DNA from: Vulcanimicrobiota bacterium
GTDB taxonomy: Bacteria > Vulcanimicrobiota > Xenobia > Xenobiales > Xenobiaceae
Length of the DNA: 64,000 nucleotides
Reading direction: 5' to 3'
Assembly: GCA_944322965.1 (NCBI GenBank)
Contig: CALUQR010000009.1
Location: 8,845-72,844, forward strand
Shown here: positions 26,057-35,049 of the stretch, one piece after another
Position numbering within the stretch: the first letter of the stretch is position 1
How the letters are laid out: every line of letters starts with the position of its first letter
Position numbers and translations under genes: made by a program
Notes under the pieces: model-generated
The model's input: only the letters and a program-made list of their open reading frames with translations
Database searches by the model: none
Told to the model about the DNA's origin: nothing

Positions 26057-26085
26057 GAGGGCGCCCCCTAAAGGGGGCGCCCTGC
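26057..26085. terminator. Perfect hairpin GGGCGCCCCCT-AAA-GGGGGCGCCC downstream of the minus-strand NlpC/P60 gene
   Basis: 11-bp perfect stem. Likely terminator for the convergent minus-strand gene. Confidence 0.5.
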
Positions 26086-26111
26086 GCTTTCTAGAGCCTT
26101 AGCGAGAGGGT

Positions 26112-26876
26112 CTAGAGGGCCTCTTTAAATACTCGCCGCGCTCCTAGGTAGCGAGCCGCGTAGTAAGGCTGGCTGAGGCGACTCACCGTCACCCCTTTGC
26201 TAGAAGAGGCGTGGATAAATTTGCCGTCGCCAATGTAGATGCCCACGTGGGACGGACCGGGAAGGTAAGTCTCAAAGAAGACTAAGTCGCCCGGCATCTC
26301 CTCGCCGAAGGGGACCTTGACCCCCGCTCCATACTGGATGTCGGCCGTACGCGGCAAGCTGACCCCGTACATCTGGAACATGCGCATCGTAAAGCCCGAA
26401 CAGTCGAAAGAGCCGTTGCCCGTGCCGCCCATGGCGTAGGGGGTGCCTAAATACTTGTGGGCGCTATCTATCAAGCGTCCATTGACCCCCATGCCGCCGC
26501 GGTAAGCTAATTGCTTGTGGCGATGGCGATCGCCCGCGCGGTTCAAATCGAGCTGCACCAAGTTGGGTTGGGGCAAATTCTGGGAGAGCTGAGCCCACAA
26601 CTCTTCCTCTTCCTGAGCCGAGAGCAATACATCCCCCTCTATAGCCTCCGGCACTACGATCACCATCCCCGCCTGGAGCGAGGCATTCTTTAACTTAGGA
26701 TTGACTTCTAAAATCCGCTCTACCGAAACCATATGCTTGGCGGCGATCCGCTCTAGGGTGTCGTTATTGCGCACCGAGTAGATCGTATCCGCGCTGGCGG
26801 GGGCGCCCGTCAGCAGGGTCCAAGCGATGGAGGCTAGAGCTAAAAATTTAACTACACGCACCGATAATTCCACCAC
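26112..26876 (-). CDS. LysM domain + NlpC/P60 (C40) peptidoglycan endopeptidase
   Basis: Signal peptide. LysM motif (YSVRNNDTLERIAAKH). NlpC/P60 catalytic Cys in DCSGF and His in HVGIYIGDGKFIHAS. Confidence 0.8.
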   Translation of the reverse strand: MVELSVRVVKFLALASIAWTLLTGAPASADTIYSVRNNDTLERIAAKHMVSVERILEVNPKLKNASLQAGMVIVVPEAIEGDVLLSAQEEEELWAQLSQNLPQPNLVQLDLNRAGDRHRHKQLAYRGGMGVNGRLIDSAHKYLGTPYAMGGTGNGSFDCSGFTMRMFQMYGVSLPRTADIQYGAGVKVPFGEEMPGDLVFFETYLPGPSHVGIYIGDGKFIHASSSKGVTVSRLSQPYYAARYLGARRVFKEAL

Positions 26877-27095
26877 CTAAAGTCAAAATCACAAAGTTAT
26901 GGGTGACAATCTCACAAAAAAAAGCGGGTCGAGACCCATCTCGCGCCCCGGGGTTCGTTTCTCCCCCCCTACCCTCCTGCCTATTTAACTGGTCAATCTA
27001 GGCGCTCAAAAAAAATGGGACCAAGTCCTTGACAAACTTAGAGGCATCTAGTATATTCTCCGTGCGCAAGGCGAGGGTCGAGCGCAGAGCTAAAC

Positions 27096-27170
<75 letters not shown>

Positions 27171-27178
27171 AGCGAGTT

Positions 27179-27254
27179 GCTAACAAGCGCTGAGGTAGCT
27201 CAGTAGGTAGAGCACGTCCTTGGTAAGGACGAGGTCGACAGTTCAAGCCTGTTC
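27179..27254 (+). tRNA. tRNA-Thr (anticodon GGU)
   Basis: Acceptor GCTGAGG/CCTCAGC. Anticodon stem CGTCC/GGACG with loop TTGGTAA. CCA encoded. Confidence 0.8.
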
Positions 27255-27331
27255 CTCAGCTCCAATTGGTTTTCGATACGGCCGGAGCCGTCGCAAGACA
27301 GCTCAGAGTACGAATACTAACAGCCAAAGAG

Positions 27332-27361
27332 AAGAACGACCCCCTGGTTGTTCTTTTTTTT
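27332..27361 (+). terminator. Rho-independent terminator after the tRNA-Gly/Thr pair
   Basis: agaacgaccccctggttgttct hairpin followed by T8. Confidence 0.6.
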
Positions 27362-27483
27362 GGCGGGTAAGACCTCTAGCGGAAAGGGTTCTGGAGTGAT
27401 CCGAAGAGCCAGTATATGGCGGGATTGCTGACAGAACTCTTTTTTAGGTTTTACCTCCCAAATCGCTAATAAGGAGAGTCAAG

Positions 27484-27648
27484 ATGGCCAAGAAGGAAGT
27501 ACGGGTGATCATCAACTTGGCGTGCCAGAGTTGCAAGCGTCGCAATTATGCTACCAAGAAGAACAAGCAAAATGATCCCGACCGTTTAGAAGTCAAGAAG
27601 TACTGCCGTTTTTGCAAGAAGCACACGCTTCACAAGGAGACTAAGTAA
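27484..27648 (+). CDS. rpmG: 50S ribosomal protein L33
   Basis: Below the ORF-track cutoff. [54 protein letters not shown]. Strong SD AAGGAGAG. Position immediately upstream of secE. Confidence 0.85.
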   Translation: MAKKEVRVIINLACQSCKRRNYATKKNKQNDPDRLEVKKYCRFCKKHTLHKETK

Positions 27649-27650
27649 CC

Positions 27651-28004
27651 GTGGCTAAATCCGGCAGCGCAGCGCGCAGCAAAGCTCGCCGCAGCGGAGC
27701 CAAAAAGGCCGCCCCCGTCGCCTTAGCTAAGAGCGAAGCGAAGACCCCGGCTAGCGGTGCGCCCCCCAAAAAGCAAGCCGCTTTGCACGAGACTACGGGG
27801 ATTAAGGGTTGGTACGATCGCGTCGTTAAATTCCTCACCTCCGTAAGAGATGAGATGGAGCGAGTCAACTGGCCCAGTGGCAAAGAGCTGCGAGTGGCGA
27901 CTATCGTCGTAATGGTGACCTTAGTGATGGTCTCCGCTTATATGGGAGTAGTCAACTACGTATTTTCAGCGATCTTCGGTACTCCAGAATCGACTGGTCT
28001 ATAA
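27651..28004 (+). CDS. secE: Preprotein translocase subunit SecE (with Lys/Ala-rich N-terminal extension)
   Basis: C-terminal single TM with the conserved ...RVNWPSGKEL...VV motif. Synteny rpmG-secE-nusG. Confidence 0.8.
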   Translation: MAKSGSAARSKARRSGAKKAAPVALAKSEAKTPASGAPPKKQAALHETTGIKGWYDRVVKFLTSVRDEMERVNWPSGKELRVATIVVMVTLVMVSAYMGVVNYVFSAIFGTPESTGL

Positions 28005-28059
28005 AGAAGAGCTAGTACGCTCCACGCCATAACTTGCATTGCTAAAAGGTGTCTAAAAG

Positions 28060-28707
28060 ATGACAGAAGAGAAGCTTACTCAGACTGCAGAGAGCCAGCT
28101 CCCGGAGGAGCCCCAAGAGGCGCGCTCCGCCGAGACGGCCCAAGGCATGGAAGAGGGGCCCGACGATTCCGAATGGTACGTGGTCCACACTTATTCCGGC
28201 TATGAGAATAAGGTTTGTGAGAATCTGAATAAACGCATTCTGACCCAGAATATGCGCGATCAGATCTTCCAGGTCTTGGTTCCAGTGGAGGAAGAGATCA
28301 GCTTTGCCACCGATAGCAATAGTGGCAAGCAGAAGCGGCGGACTGTCAAGCGCAAGATCTATCCGGGTTACGTGCTCATCAATATGAAGATGAACGACCG
28401 CTCCTGGTACGTCGTGCGCAATACTCCCGGCGTGACCGGCTTCGTGAGCCCCGGTTTGAAACCCGTTCCCCTCCCCCGCGAAGAGGTGGAGAAGATCAAG
28501 CAACTGATGGGCCTCTCCGCTCCCCAGAAGGTCAAGATCGAGTTAGAGGTCGGCCAGACGGTGCGCGTGACGAGCGGAGCCTTGCAAGATCACTGCGGAA
28601 CCGTAGTTGAAGTTAACCCCGAGAGCGAGAAGGTCAGAATTCTCGTCACTATGTTCGGTCGGGAGACCCCGGCCACCGTTGAATTCGGTCAAGTAGAAAA
28701 AATCTAG
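28060..28707 (+). CDS. nusG: Transcription termination/antitermination factor NusG (acidic N-terminal extension)
   Basis: NGN domain (WYVVHTYSGYENKV). KOW motif region. Synteny. Confidence 0.9.
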   Translation: MTEEKLTQTAESQLPEEPQEARSAETAQGMEEGPDDSEWYVVHTYSGYENKVCENLNKRILTQNMRDQIFQVLVPVEEEISFATDSNSGKQKRRTVKRKIYPGYVLINMKMNDRSWYVVRNTPGVTGFVSPGLKPVPLPREEVEKIKQLMGLSAPQKVKIELEVGQTVRVTSGALQDHCGTVVEVNPESEKVRILVTMFGRETPATVEFGQVEKI

Positions 28708-28786
28708 CAGTTAGGTTCGGCAGAGGGCGGACCTAAAGATAGAGTCCTCTGTCCAGAATTTGGCTTTAGCTACCGAGGTGTAAAAA

Positions 28787-29212
28787 ATGGCAAAGAAAGT
28801 AAAAGCCATCGTAAAGTTGCAAATCCCCGCGGGTAAAGCTAATCCCGCGCCCCCCGTCGGCCCCGCTCTGGGTCAGCACGGTCTCAATATCATGGAGTTC
28901 GTTAAGCAGTATAACGAGCGCACCGCCAAAGACGTAGGGATGATCATCCCCGTCGAAATCACCGTTTATGAAGATAAGACCTTCTCCTTCATAACCAAGA
29001 CCCCCCCGGCGAAAACCCTCCTGCTCAAAGAGGCGGGCATTCAGCGCGGTTCCGCTGAGCCCAACAAGACCAAGGTGGGCAGCGTCACTAAAGAGCAAGT
29101 GCGCAAGATCGCCGAGATCAAGATGAAAGACCTGAACGCCAACGACATCGAAGCGGCCATGAAGATTATCGCCGGTACCGCTCGCAGCGCTGGCATCGTC
29201 GTCGTAGACTAA
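28787..29212 (+). CDS. rplK: 50S ribosomal protein L11
   Basis: [32 protein letters not shown] is the canonical L11 N-terminus. Confidence 0.95.
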   Translation: MAKKVKAIVKLQIPAGKANPAPPVGPALGQHGLNIMEFVKQYNERTAKDVGMIIPVEITVYEDKTFSFITKTPPAKTLLLKEAGIQRGSAEPNKTKVGSVTKEQVRKIAEIKMKDLNANDIEAAMKIIAGTARSAGIVVVD

Positions 29213-29308
29213 TTTATTCGAGCGTGCGCCCTCTAGCGGAGCTAGTAGGAAATAGCGCACGGTGGAAGGGCTGGCAAGACAGCCTGTTAGACCACACTGG
29301 AGGTTAAT

Positions 29309-30022
29309 GTGGCGAAGAAGAGTAAAAAATTTGCAGAGGCTTTAAAACAGATCGACCGCAGCAAGGCCTATCCCTTAAATGAGGCCGTAGACTTAGTAAA
29401 AAAACTCTCCTATGCTAAGTTTGACGAGACCGTAGAGGCTCACTTCCACTTAGGTATTGATTGCAAGAAGTCGGACCAGAATATCCGTGGCACCATCGTA
29501 CTTCCCCACGGTACCGGTAAGACTCTGCGCATCTGCGTCATTACCAAAGAGGACAAGATCGACGCCGCCGAGCGCGCTGGCGCCGACGTAGCCGGTTTTG
29601 AAGATCTCATCGCCAAGATCAAGGGCGGTTGGTCCGATTTCGATCTCTGCATCGCTACTCCCGACGTGATGGGCGTCATCGGTAAGGAGTTAGGTCGCGT
29701 CTTAGGTCCGCGCATGCCTAACCCCAAATCTGGCACCGTCACCCCCGACCTGCCCAAGACTATCGCCGAGTTCAAACGGGGCAAGTTGGAGTATCGCAAC
29801 GATAAGCACAACTGCGTGCACACCATCTTGGGTAAGGTGAGCTTCGACTCCGAGAAGATCGAGCAGAACTTCCGCACCCTCTTCGACGCTATCCTGAAGG
29901 CCCGTCCCGCGGCGGTCAAAGGAACCTACGTCCGTTCCATCCACTTGACCACCTCCCAAGGCCCCAGCATCACCGTCGACGTGTTGAACGCCACCCAAGC
30001 GGCGGCAGCGGCCAACCGCTAA
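29309..30022 (+). CDS. rplA: 50S ribosomal protein L1
   Basis: GTG start. L1 signature regions (KFDETVE, IRGTIVLPHG, VGK). Synteny. Confidence 0.9.
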   Translation: MAKKSKKFAEALKQIDRSKAYPLNEAVDLVKKLSYAKFDETVEAHFHLGIDCKKSDQNIRGTIVLPHGTGKTLRICVITKEDKIDAAERAGADVAGFEDLIAKIKGGWSDFDLCIATPDVMGVIGKELGRVLGPRMPNPKSGTVTPDLPKTIAEFKRGKLEYRNDKHNCVHTILGKVSFDSEKIEQNFRTLFDAILKARPAAVKGTYVRSIHLTTSQGPSITVDVLNATQAAAAANR

Positions 30023-30048
30023 GATCGTTCTTTAGACCGTAACTAATT

Positions 30049-30091
30049 GAGCCCGGCTCCCTTCCCAGGGAGCCGGGCTCAATTAGTTTGG
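30049..30091. terminator. Bidirectional terminator after rplA (13-bp perfect stem GAGCCCGGCTCCC/GGGAGCCGGGCTC)
   Basis: Perfect hairpin between convergent genes. It ends the ribosomal cluster here; rplJ/rplL/rpoB do not follow. Confidence 0.7.
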
Positions 30092-30119
30092 CGGGGGTCT
30101 CTTTACCCTCGCCTTCCGC

Positions 30120-31022
30120 CTAATTCCAATAGCCCAACTCTATATCGGGTAAATGGGGATCGCACGGCTTATCGAGCTCGGTGGGGAAGAAACGCCGGGA
30201 TGGCTTAAACTCCGCCTCCCCGCGCCGCAAGTAGGTTACTTCTAAGACCTCCGGCATCTCTACGCCCGCTACCCGCCCCACTAGAGAATTACAATTATTG
30301 GCGTGGATATGGATAGGCTGGTGGCTCTTTAATAACTTCTGTAAGCAGCCCACAATAGCTTCCGAGCGGCGATAGTCGGTTAAGGAGTGCAACTCTAAGG
30401 CGATTTGCGAAAATTGCTCTAAGACGGAGCTGGGACAGGCGGCAAAGGTTGCATACTCCGCCCCCTCTACGTCCATCTTTAAAATTAGATCTCTCTTATC
30501 CTGATGGCCGTTCTCGGCCACTAGCTGGGCTAAGGGGCGACAATCTGGCTGGGGCTCCGTTCCGCAGACCCCTACCTTAAAGAAGTGGAACTGGGGATGA
30601 TCTTGGACTAAACGCTCAATCGTATGGTCGTAAAGGTAGACCTCATAACCCATTTGGGCCATATCGAGATCCCAGCTGACGTCGTCATTGACCCCAAAGC
30701 TATAAGCGATCCGCTCTTCCTCTGGAGGCGCCTCCCCTTGCCAGAAGATATAGCCCCCATCCCCTTCTTGAGAACCTAAGCGCACATATTTCCCACTCGC
30801 TACCTCGGCTACGGGCAGAGCGGCCTTAACTTGGAGCAGATGCTCATAGAGGGCCCGCCGCTTAGCCTTATCTTCTAAGACGTTCCACAACTCTTCCGTA
30901 GAGCGCATATCGCTAATAATGCGCTGATAAGCGTAGCTCTGACTGCCCCGCGAGAAACGCAGATCGCGATGGATACGCGCCATTTTACCCACAAACTTAG
31001 CCCAAGTAGCCTCTAAGCCCAT
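30120..31022 (-). CDS. FkbM-family SAM-dependent methyltransferase-like protein
   Basis: ILKMDVEGAEYATFAA matches the FkbM llKiDvEGaE motif. YSFGVNDDV resembles the G-loop region. Flanked by AT-rich intergenic DNA. Confidence 0.55.
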   Translation of the reverse strand: MGLEATWAKFVGKMARIHRDLRFSRGSQSYAYQRIISDMRSTEELWNVLEDKAKRRALYEHLLQVKAALPVAEVASGKYVRLGSQEGDGGYIFWQGEAPPEEERIAYSFGVNDDVSWDLDMAQMGYEVYLYDHTIERLVQDHPQFHFFKVGVCGTEPQPDCRPLAQLVAENGHQDKRDLILKMDVEGAEYATFAACPSSVLEQFSQIALELHSLTDYRRSEAIVGCLQKLLKSHQPIHIHANNCNSLVGRVAGVEMPEVLEVTYLRRGEAEFKPSRRFFPTELDKPCDPHLPDIELGYWN

Positions 31023-31192
31023 ACGTTTAAACGTCTCCAGATCTAGTAAAACTGTAATAATCTTTAAAAACGATCAATCTCTTATATAGAGCATTCTTTT
31101 TTTTGTCAATAGATCAAAAACGGTACATTTAAACTAGAACATAAAAAAATAAGACCCTCACCGCAACGGTGAAGATCTTACCTTTGGTCGTT

Positions 31193-31268
31193 TGGTGGAG
31201 ATAAAGGGACTTGAACCCTTGACCCCTTGCATGCCATGCAAGTGCTCTCCCAACTGAGCTATATCCCC
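31193..31268 (-). tRNA. tRNA-Ala (anticodon GGC)
   Basis: Reverse complement gives GGGGATA...TATCTCC-A-CCA with the diagnostic G3:U70 pair. Anticodon stem CTTGC/GCAAG with loop ATGGCAT. Confidence 0.8.
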
Positions 31269-31553
31269 GCGAACGTGAGTATTATACCGCATCATTTTTA
31301 GAAGTCAAGGGGGTAGAGGGCGACGCTCAGCCTAGATTCTCTAACTAATTAGCTTCCCAGGGCAAAGGAAGTTGCCTAGCTCAGTGCGAAGCTTGAAGGC
31401 GGTATTGTTTATTACTCCGGGCCTAGTTTTGAGACTCGGTCTAGAATCTACTCACCTTCCTGGAGGAGGTAGAGGCTCAACATAAAGTTACCTACTGGAG
31501 CGGGAGCTGACTCCCCGGCGCGGTGGGCAACCAGACATTCAGGAGACGTATAT

Positions 31554-31847
31554 ATGGCATACCGGCCTTGTAGATTTCGTAGCTCAGTATTGGGCATCTT
31601 CCAGTGCGAGAAACATATGTTCCAGCACTCCAGCCCAGAGATCTACAGTGAGCTCTATGAGTTCTGTTACGATAACGTACCCGATCGTTTTTGCGGTTAC
31701 GTCGATTTTGGCTTCAGCCTAGAGGGTGAGACCCCGCGCATCTTTATCAACTGCACCCACCCCTACCAGTCCCGTCCCCTACGCAGCTTCCGCGATTGCC
31801 TAGAAGAGTGTGACTACCACGATAAGGAAGGCGAATCTCTCGGCTAA
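31554..31847 (+). CDS. Small Cys-rich protein (7 Cys, 97 aa), candidate precursor/partner for the downstream radical SAM-SPASM enzyme
   Basis: Good SD (CAGGAGAcgtatatATG). Lower GC than neighbours. Followed by a weak terminator-like hairpin + T6 and then the rSAM gene. Confidence 0.45.
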   Translation: MAYRPCRFRSSVLGIFQCEKHMFQHSSPEIYSELYEFCYDNVPDRFCGYVDFGFSLEGETPRIFINCTHPYQSRPLRSFRDCLEECDYHDKEGESLG

Positions 31848-32001
31848 AAGCTCTACCTAGAGTAAGAGCGCTCGCCTGGGCTCGACCTAGGCGCTTTTTT
31901 ATCGAAGAGGGAGACCGCTCTCTACTTTTTGACAGTTGGAGAGCGGTTGCAATTAAGTTTAGGGGTCGCAGATTAGGGTATTCCCGGCTGCTAGGATTTG
32001 G

Positions 32002-33318
32002 ATGAGTTTTCAAGCCGAGACAAGTAAGATTGCTCAAGCTCCCTGTGTTCTGCGGCGCGAGTCGTTTGGGTGCGTCATCTATCGTAGAGCGGGCAACGAC
32101 TATATACCCTGCGACAATGAGGCCTTGGCCATCCTCCTGGCTTGTAAAGACCGACCCGTAGAGGAAGCCTACCAGGAGCTGGCCCCCACCGTCAGTAAGG
32201 TCTCCTTCGACCAATTTGTGCAACTCTGCCAAGCGGTGGGCATTATCCACGAGGGGCGCTTCGACGGCTATATCCTCGATAATAGCTTCGTCAACGTCAA
32301 AAACCACCTCAGCGCCCCCACTAAGGTCCATCTCCAGCTCACCCGCTACTGTAATCTCAAGTGCCCCTACTGTTGGGCGGAAGCCGGTCAACCCCAAGAT
32401 CGCGAGTTGACCTTGCGCGAGCTAGACGAGCTCTTCGCCCAGTTCTGCCAGATGGGGGTTTTCAATTTAGAGATTGGCGGCGGCGAGCCCTTAGGGCGCA
32501 AAGATTTCCCAGACGTAGTAGCCCTAGCTAATAGTTATGGGATAGTCGTCAACGTGGCTACCAACGCCACCTTAGCTACCAAAGCTCTAGAGGAGAAGCT
32601 AGAGCCCTTAAAGATCGATACTTTTCGCATTAGTCTGGAGGCGGGCAGCGAAAAGATCTACGACAATGTGCGCGGAGTGCGCTCTTACCGCAAGGCGATG
32701 CGCGGTTTAGCCCACTTGCGCCGCGCCTGTCCCCAAGCCAAATTTATCTTCCACTGTACCCTTTACAAAGACAACTACTCGGAGATCCCCTCCATCGTCA
32801 AAAAAGCGGAGGAGCTCAAAGTCGACAAGCTCCTCTTCAGTACCGCCCTGCCCGTAGGGCGCGGGGCCCTCAATCCGCGCCTCTTATTGAGCGCTGAGGA
32901 GACGCGCAAGAGTTGCGAAATTATCCAGAGCATCTCCCAAAGCAACCCCCTCAAGATTGAAGTGGCCAATCTGACCCCTCCCAAGCGCCCTCTGCGCCGG
33001 GCTTTCGAAGGCTTTGGCTGCGAGTGCGGGCGCACTTCGATCCATATCTCCTCCAATGGTGGAGTCTATCCCAGCGGCTTAATGAGCTGCTTCCCCGCCT
33101 GGAAGGCCGGGGACGTACGCCAGAGCAAGTTTTTTGAGATCTGGAATAACTCCCCCGTACTCAAAAAATGGCGCTCCGTCGCCAGCAACCGACGCTGCAA
33201 GAACTGCTCTAAATTTAATTTCTGCCGCGGCGGCTGCCGAACCCGAGCCTTTATCCTGACCAAAGATCTCCAAGAGCGCGACCCCTTCTGCTTATTACCC
33301 CCCGAAGAGGGAGTGTAG
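32002..33318 (+). CDS. Radical SAM peptide-maturase-type enzyme with N-terminal PqqD/RRE-like domain and C-terminal SPASM domain
   Basis: N-terminal LRRESFGCVIYRRAGNDYIPCDNEALAIL (PqqD-like RRE pattern). CNLKCPYC rSAM CxxxCxxC motif. C-terminal Cys clusters (CECGRTS...C..C....CRGGCR) typical of SPASM. Confidence 0.75.
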   Translation: MSFQAETSKIAQAPCVLRRESFGCVIYRRAGNDYIPCDNEALAILLACKDRPVEEAYQELAPTVSKVSFDQFVQLCQAVGIIHEGRFDGYILDNSFVNVKNHLSAPTKVHLQLTRYCNLKCPYCWAEAGQPQDRELTLRELDELFAQFCQMGVFNLEIGGGEPLGRKDFPDVVALANSYGIVVNVATNATLATKALEEKLEPLKIDTFRISLEAGSEKIYDNVRGVRSYRKAMRGLAHLRRACPQAKFIFHCTLYKDNYSEIPSIVKKAEELKVDKLLFSTALPVGRGALNPRLLLSAEETRKSCEIIQSISQSNPLKIEVANLTPPKRPLRRAFEGFGCECGRTSIHISSNGGVYPSGLMSCFPAWKAGDVRQSKFFEIWNNSPVLKKWRSVASNRRCKNCSKFNFCRGGCRTRAFILTKDLQERDPFCLLPPEEGV

Positions 33319-33357
33319 AGCGGAATACCCCTCGAGCACCTAGAGAAAGTTGAGTCT

Positions 33358-35028
33358 TTGCCTTTGCTGGAACCGGGCTTCCTACCACCCTTAGGTCTAA
33401 CCTTAGCCGACCTCCAAGCCAGCCCCTATCTCTTGCAGATCATGTGGGTGGTGCTCATCCTCTCCGTCAGCGGCGCTATCCTCTGCTGGTGGAGATCGGA
33501 GGCCAATAAATGGTGGTATACGAGCGCCTTTCTCGTCTGCCTGAGCAGCTTATCTATCGTCTTTTTGACGGGGGGATTCACTAGCAATTACTATCTGCTG
33601 CTCTACTTGGCCCTCATCGTCACCTCATTTAAAGGGACGGTCTGGGTCTGCTTGGGATTCTGTATCCTCTCTAGCTGCCTCATGTACTTCGATTATGGCA
33701 GCGGACTGGGATTACTCAATAATATCGCCGCCCTCACTAAGCTCCTCTTACTGCCCTTCTTCGCCATCATCGCCTTCTTCGTCAATACCGCCCTCAATAA
33801 ACCGGCTACCGATTACGAGAAGTTACAGAGCGAGAGATTAGAGCAGGCCTACTCCATCACCCGCCACCAGATAGCGGAAAAGGAAGAGAGCGAGCTCCAA
33901 CTTTACGACCGCCAGCGCAAATTATATAGTCTCTTGCAGCTCTTCCAAAAGCTGGCCCAACAGCGCTCCGAGGACGTCATCAAAGATAATGTGGTAGATT
34001 ACGCCCGAGCGGAGGTTAAATCCCAGGTGGCCTTCGTAGCCTTCAATGAAGATGGGCGCTGGGATACCTCCCGCTTCCGAGGGATCAACGAGATTATGGC
34101 CCGCACTATCAGCCAGAAGATAGAGGCCGGAATCTTCGCCAAAGTTATTAAGAATGGCGAGTATATCAATTACACCCACAATACCCACCATTTCGAGCAT
34201 AATAATTACCGCCGCCCCTTCGACGCCCCCGGGATGTCCGGTTTAGCCCTGCGCAACCTCTTAGTAATGCCTATGCAAGACGCTACGGGCGCTAAGCCCT
34301 TCGGCGTCTTAGCGGTAGCCAATAAGCTGATGGGGGACGCTTACGATCAGCACGACGAGGACTTCCTCAACCTCCTGGCTACGGAAGCGGCGATTACCAT
34401 CTCCAATATGCGCCTCTACCGCAAATTGGAGCGCTCTTACTACGAGACTATCTTAGGTTTAGCCCAAGCTATCGAAGCTAAAGATCCCTATACCCACGGC
34501 CACGTCTCCCGGGTCGAACAGCTCTCCGTCTTCCTCTGCCAAGCTATGGGGGTCGATACGGCCACCACCGAGATTATCGCCAAAGCGGCCATCCTCCACG
34601 ATGTGGGTAAGATCTCTATCCCCGACCAGATCCTCTTAAAGCCCGGCCCCCTCACCCCGGAAGAGTTTGAGGTTATGAAGACCCACACCATTAACGCCCA
34701 ACCTATCTTGAGCAATATTACCTCCCTCCCGCCCCAAGTGACGGAGATCGTCGTCCACCACCACGAACGTTACGACGGTAGCGGCTATCCCCACCACCTG
34801 AAGGGGCGGGCCATCCCCCTGGGGGCCCAGATTATTAGCGTCGCCGACTCCTTCGACGCCATGATCACCGACCGCCCCTATAGGCGCGGCCTCTCCTTTG
34901 AAGAAGCCTTAAAGCGTCTGGAAGACTGCCGCGAGACCCAATTCTCGCCCTACATCTTAGATAAATTCTTGCAAAATATCGTCAAAGTCAAAGATTTAAG
35001 TGCCCTCCCCCACTACTTTGACTGTTAG
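33358..35028 (+). CDS. Membrane-anchored GAF-domain HD-GYP phosphodiesterase (c-di-GMP hydrolase-like)
   Basis: 4 N-terminal TM helices. GAF-like middle domain. HDVGK and HHHERYDGSGYP HD-GYP signature. Confidence 0.75.
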   Translation: MPLLEPGFLPPLGLTLADLQASPYLLQIMWVVLILSVSGAILCWWRSEANKWWYTSAFLVCLSSLSIVFLTGGFTSNYYLLLYLALIVTSFKGTVWVCLGFCILSSCLMYFDYGSGLGLLNNIAALTKLLLLPFFAIIAFFVNTALNKPATDYEKLQSERLEQAYSITRHQIAEKEESELQLYDRQRKLYSLLQLFQKLAQQRSEDVIKDNVVDYARAEVKSQVAFVAFNEDGRWDTSRFRGINEIMARTISQKIEAGIFAKVIKNGEYINYTHNTHHFEHNNYRRPFDAPGMSGLALRNLLVMPMQDATGAKPFGVLAVANKLMGDAYDQHDEDFLNLLATEAAITISNMRLYRKLERSYYETILGLAQAIEAKDPYTHGHVSRVEQLSVFLCQAMGVDTATTEIIAKAAILHDVGKISIPDQILLKPGPLTPEEFEVMKTHTINAQPILSNITSLPPQVTEIVVHHHERYDGSGYPHHLKGRAIPLGAQIISVADSFDAMITDRPYRRGLSFEEALKRLEDCRETQFSPYILDKFLQNIVKVKDLSALPHYFDC

Positions 35029-35049
35029 GGGAAGAAGGACCGCTCTCTT

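Noticed and set aside
27255-27483. Expected tRNA-Trp or extra tRNAs between the tRNA pair and rpmG/secE
   Set aside because: No cloverleaf could be read there, only a terminator hairpin and the rpmG RBS.
30120-31268. Possible genomic-island boundary with an integrase next to tRNA-Ala
   Set aside because: No integrase or recombinase ORF is present. Only an FkbM-like methyltransferase and AT-rich intergenic DNA are seen. Island status of the adjacent rSAM locus remains inference only.
31747-32397. 216-aa minus-strand ORF
   Set aside because: It is antisense, overlapping the small Cys-rich ORF end, the intergenic hairpins and the rSAM N-terminus. The rSAM frame has strong motif support.
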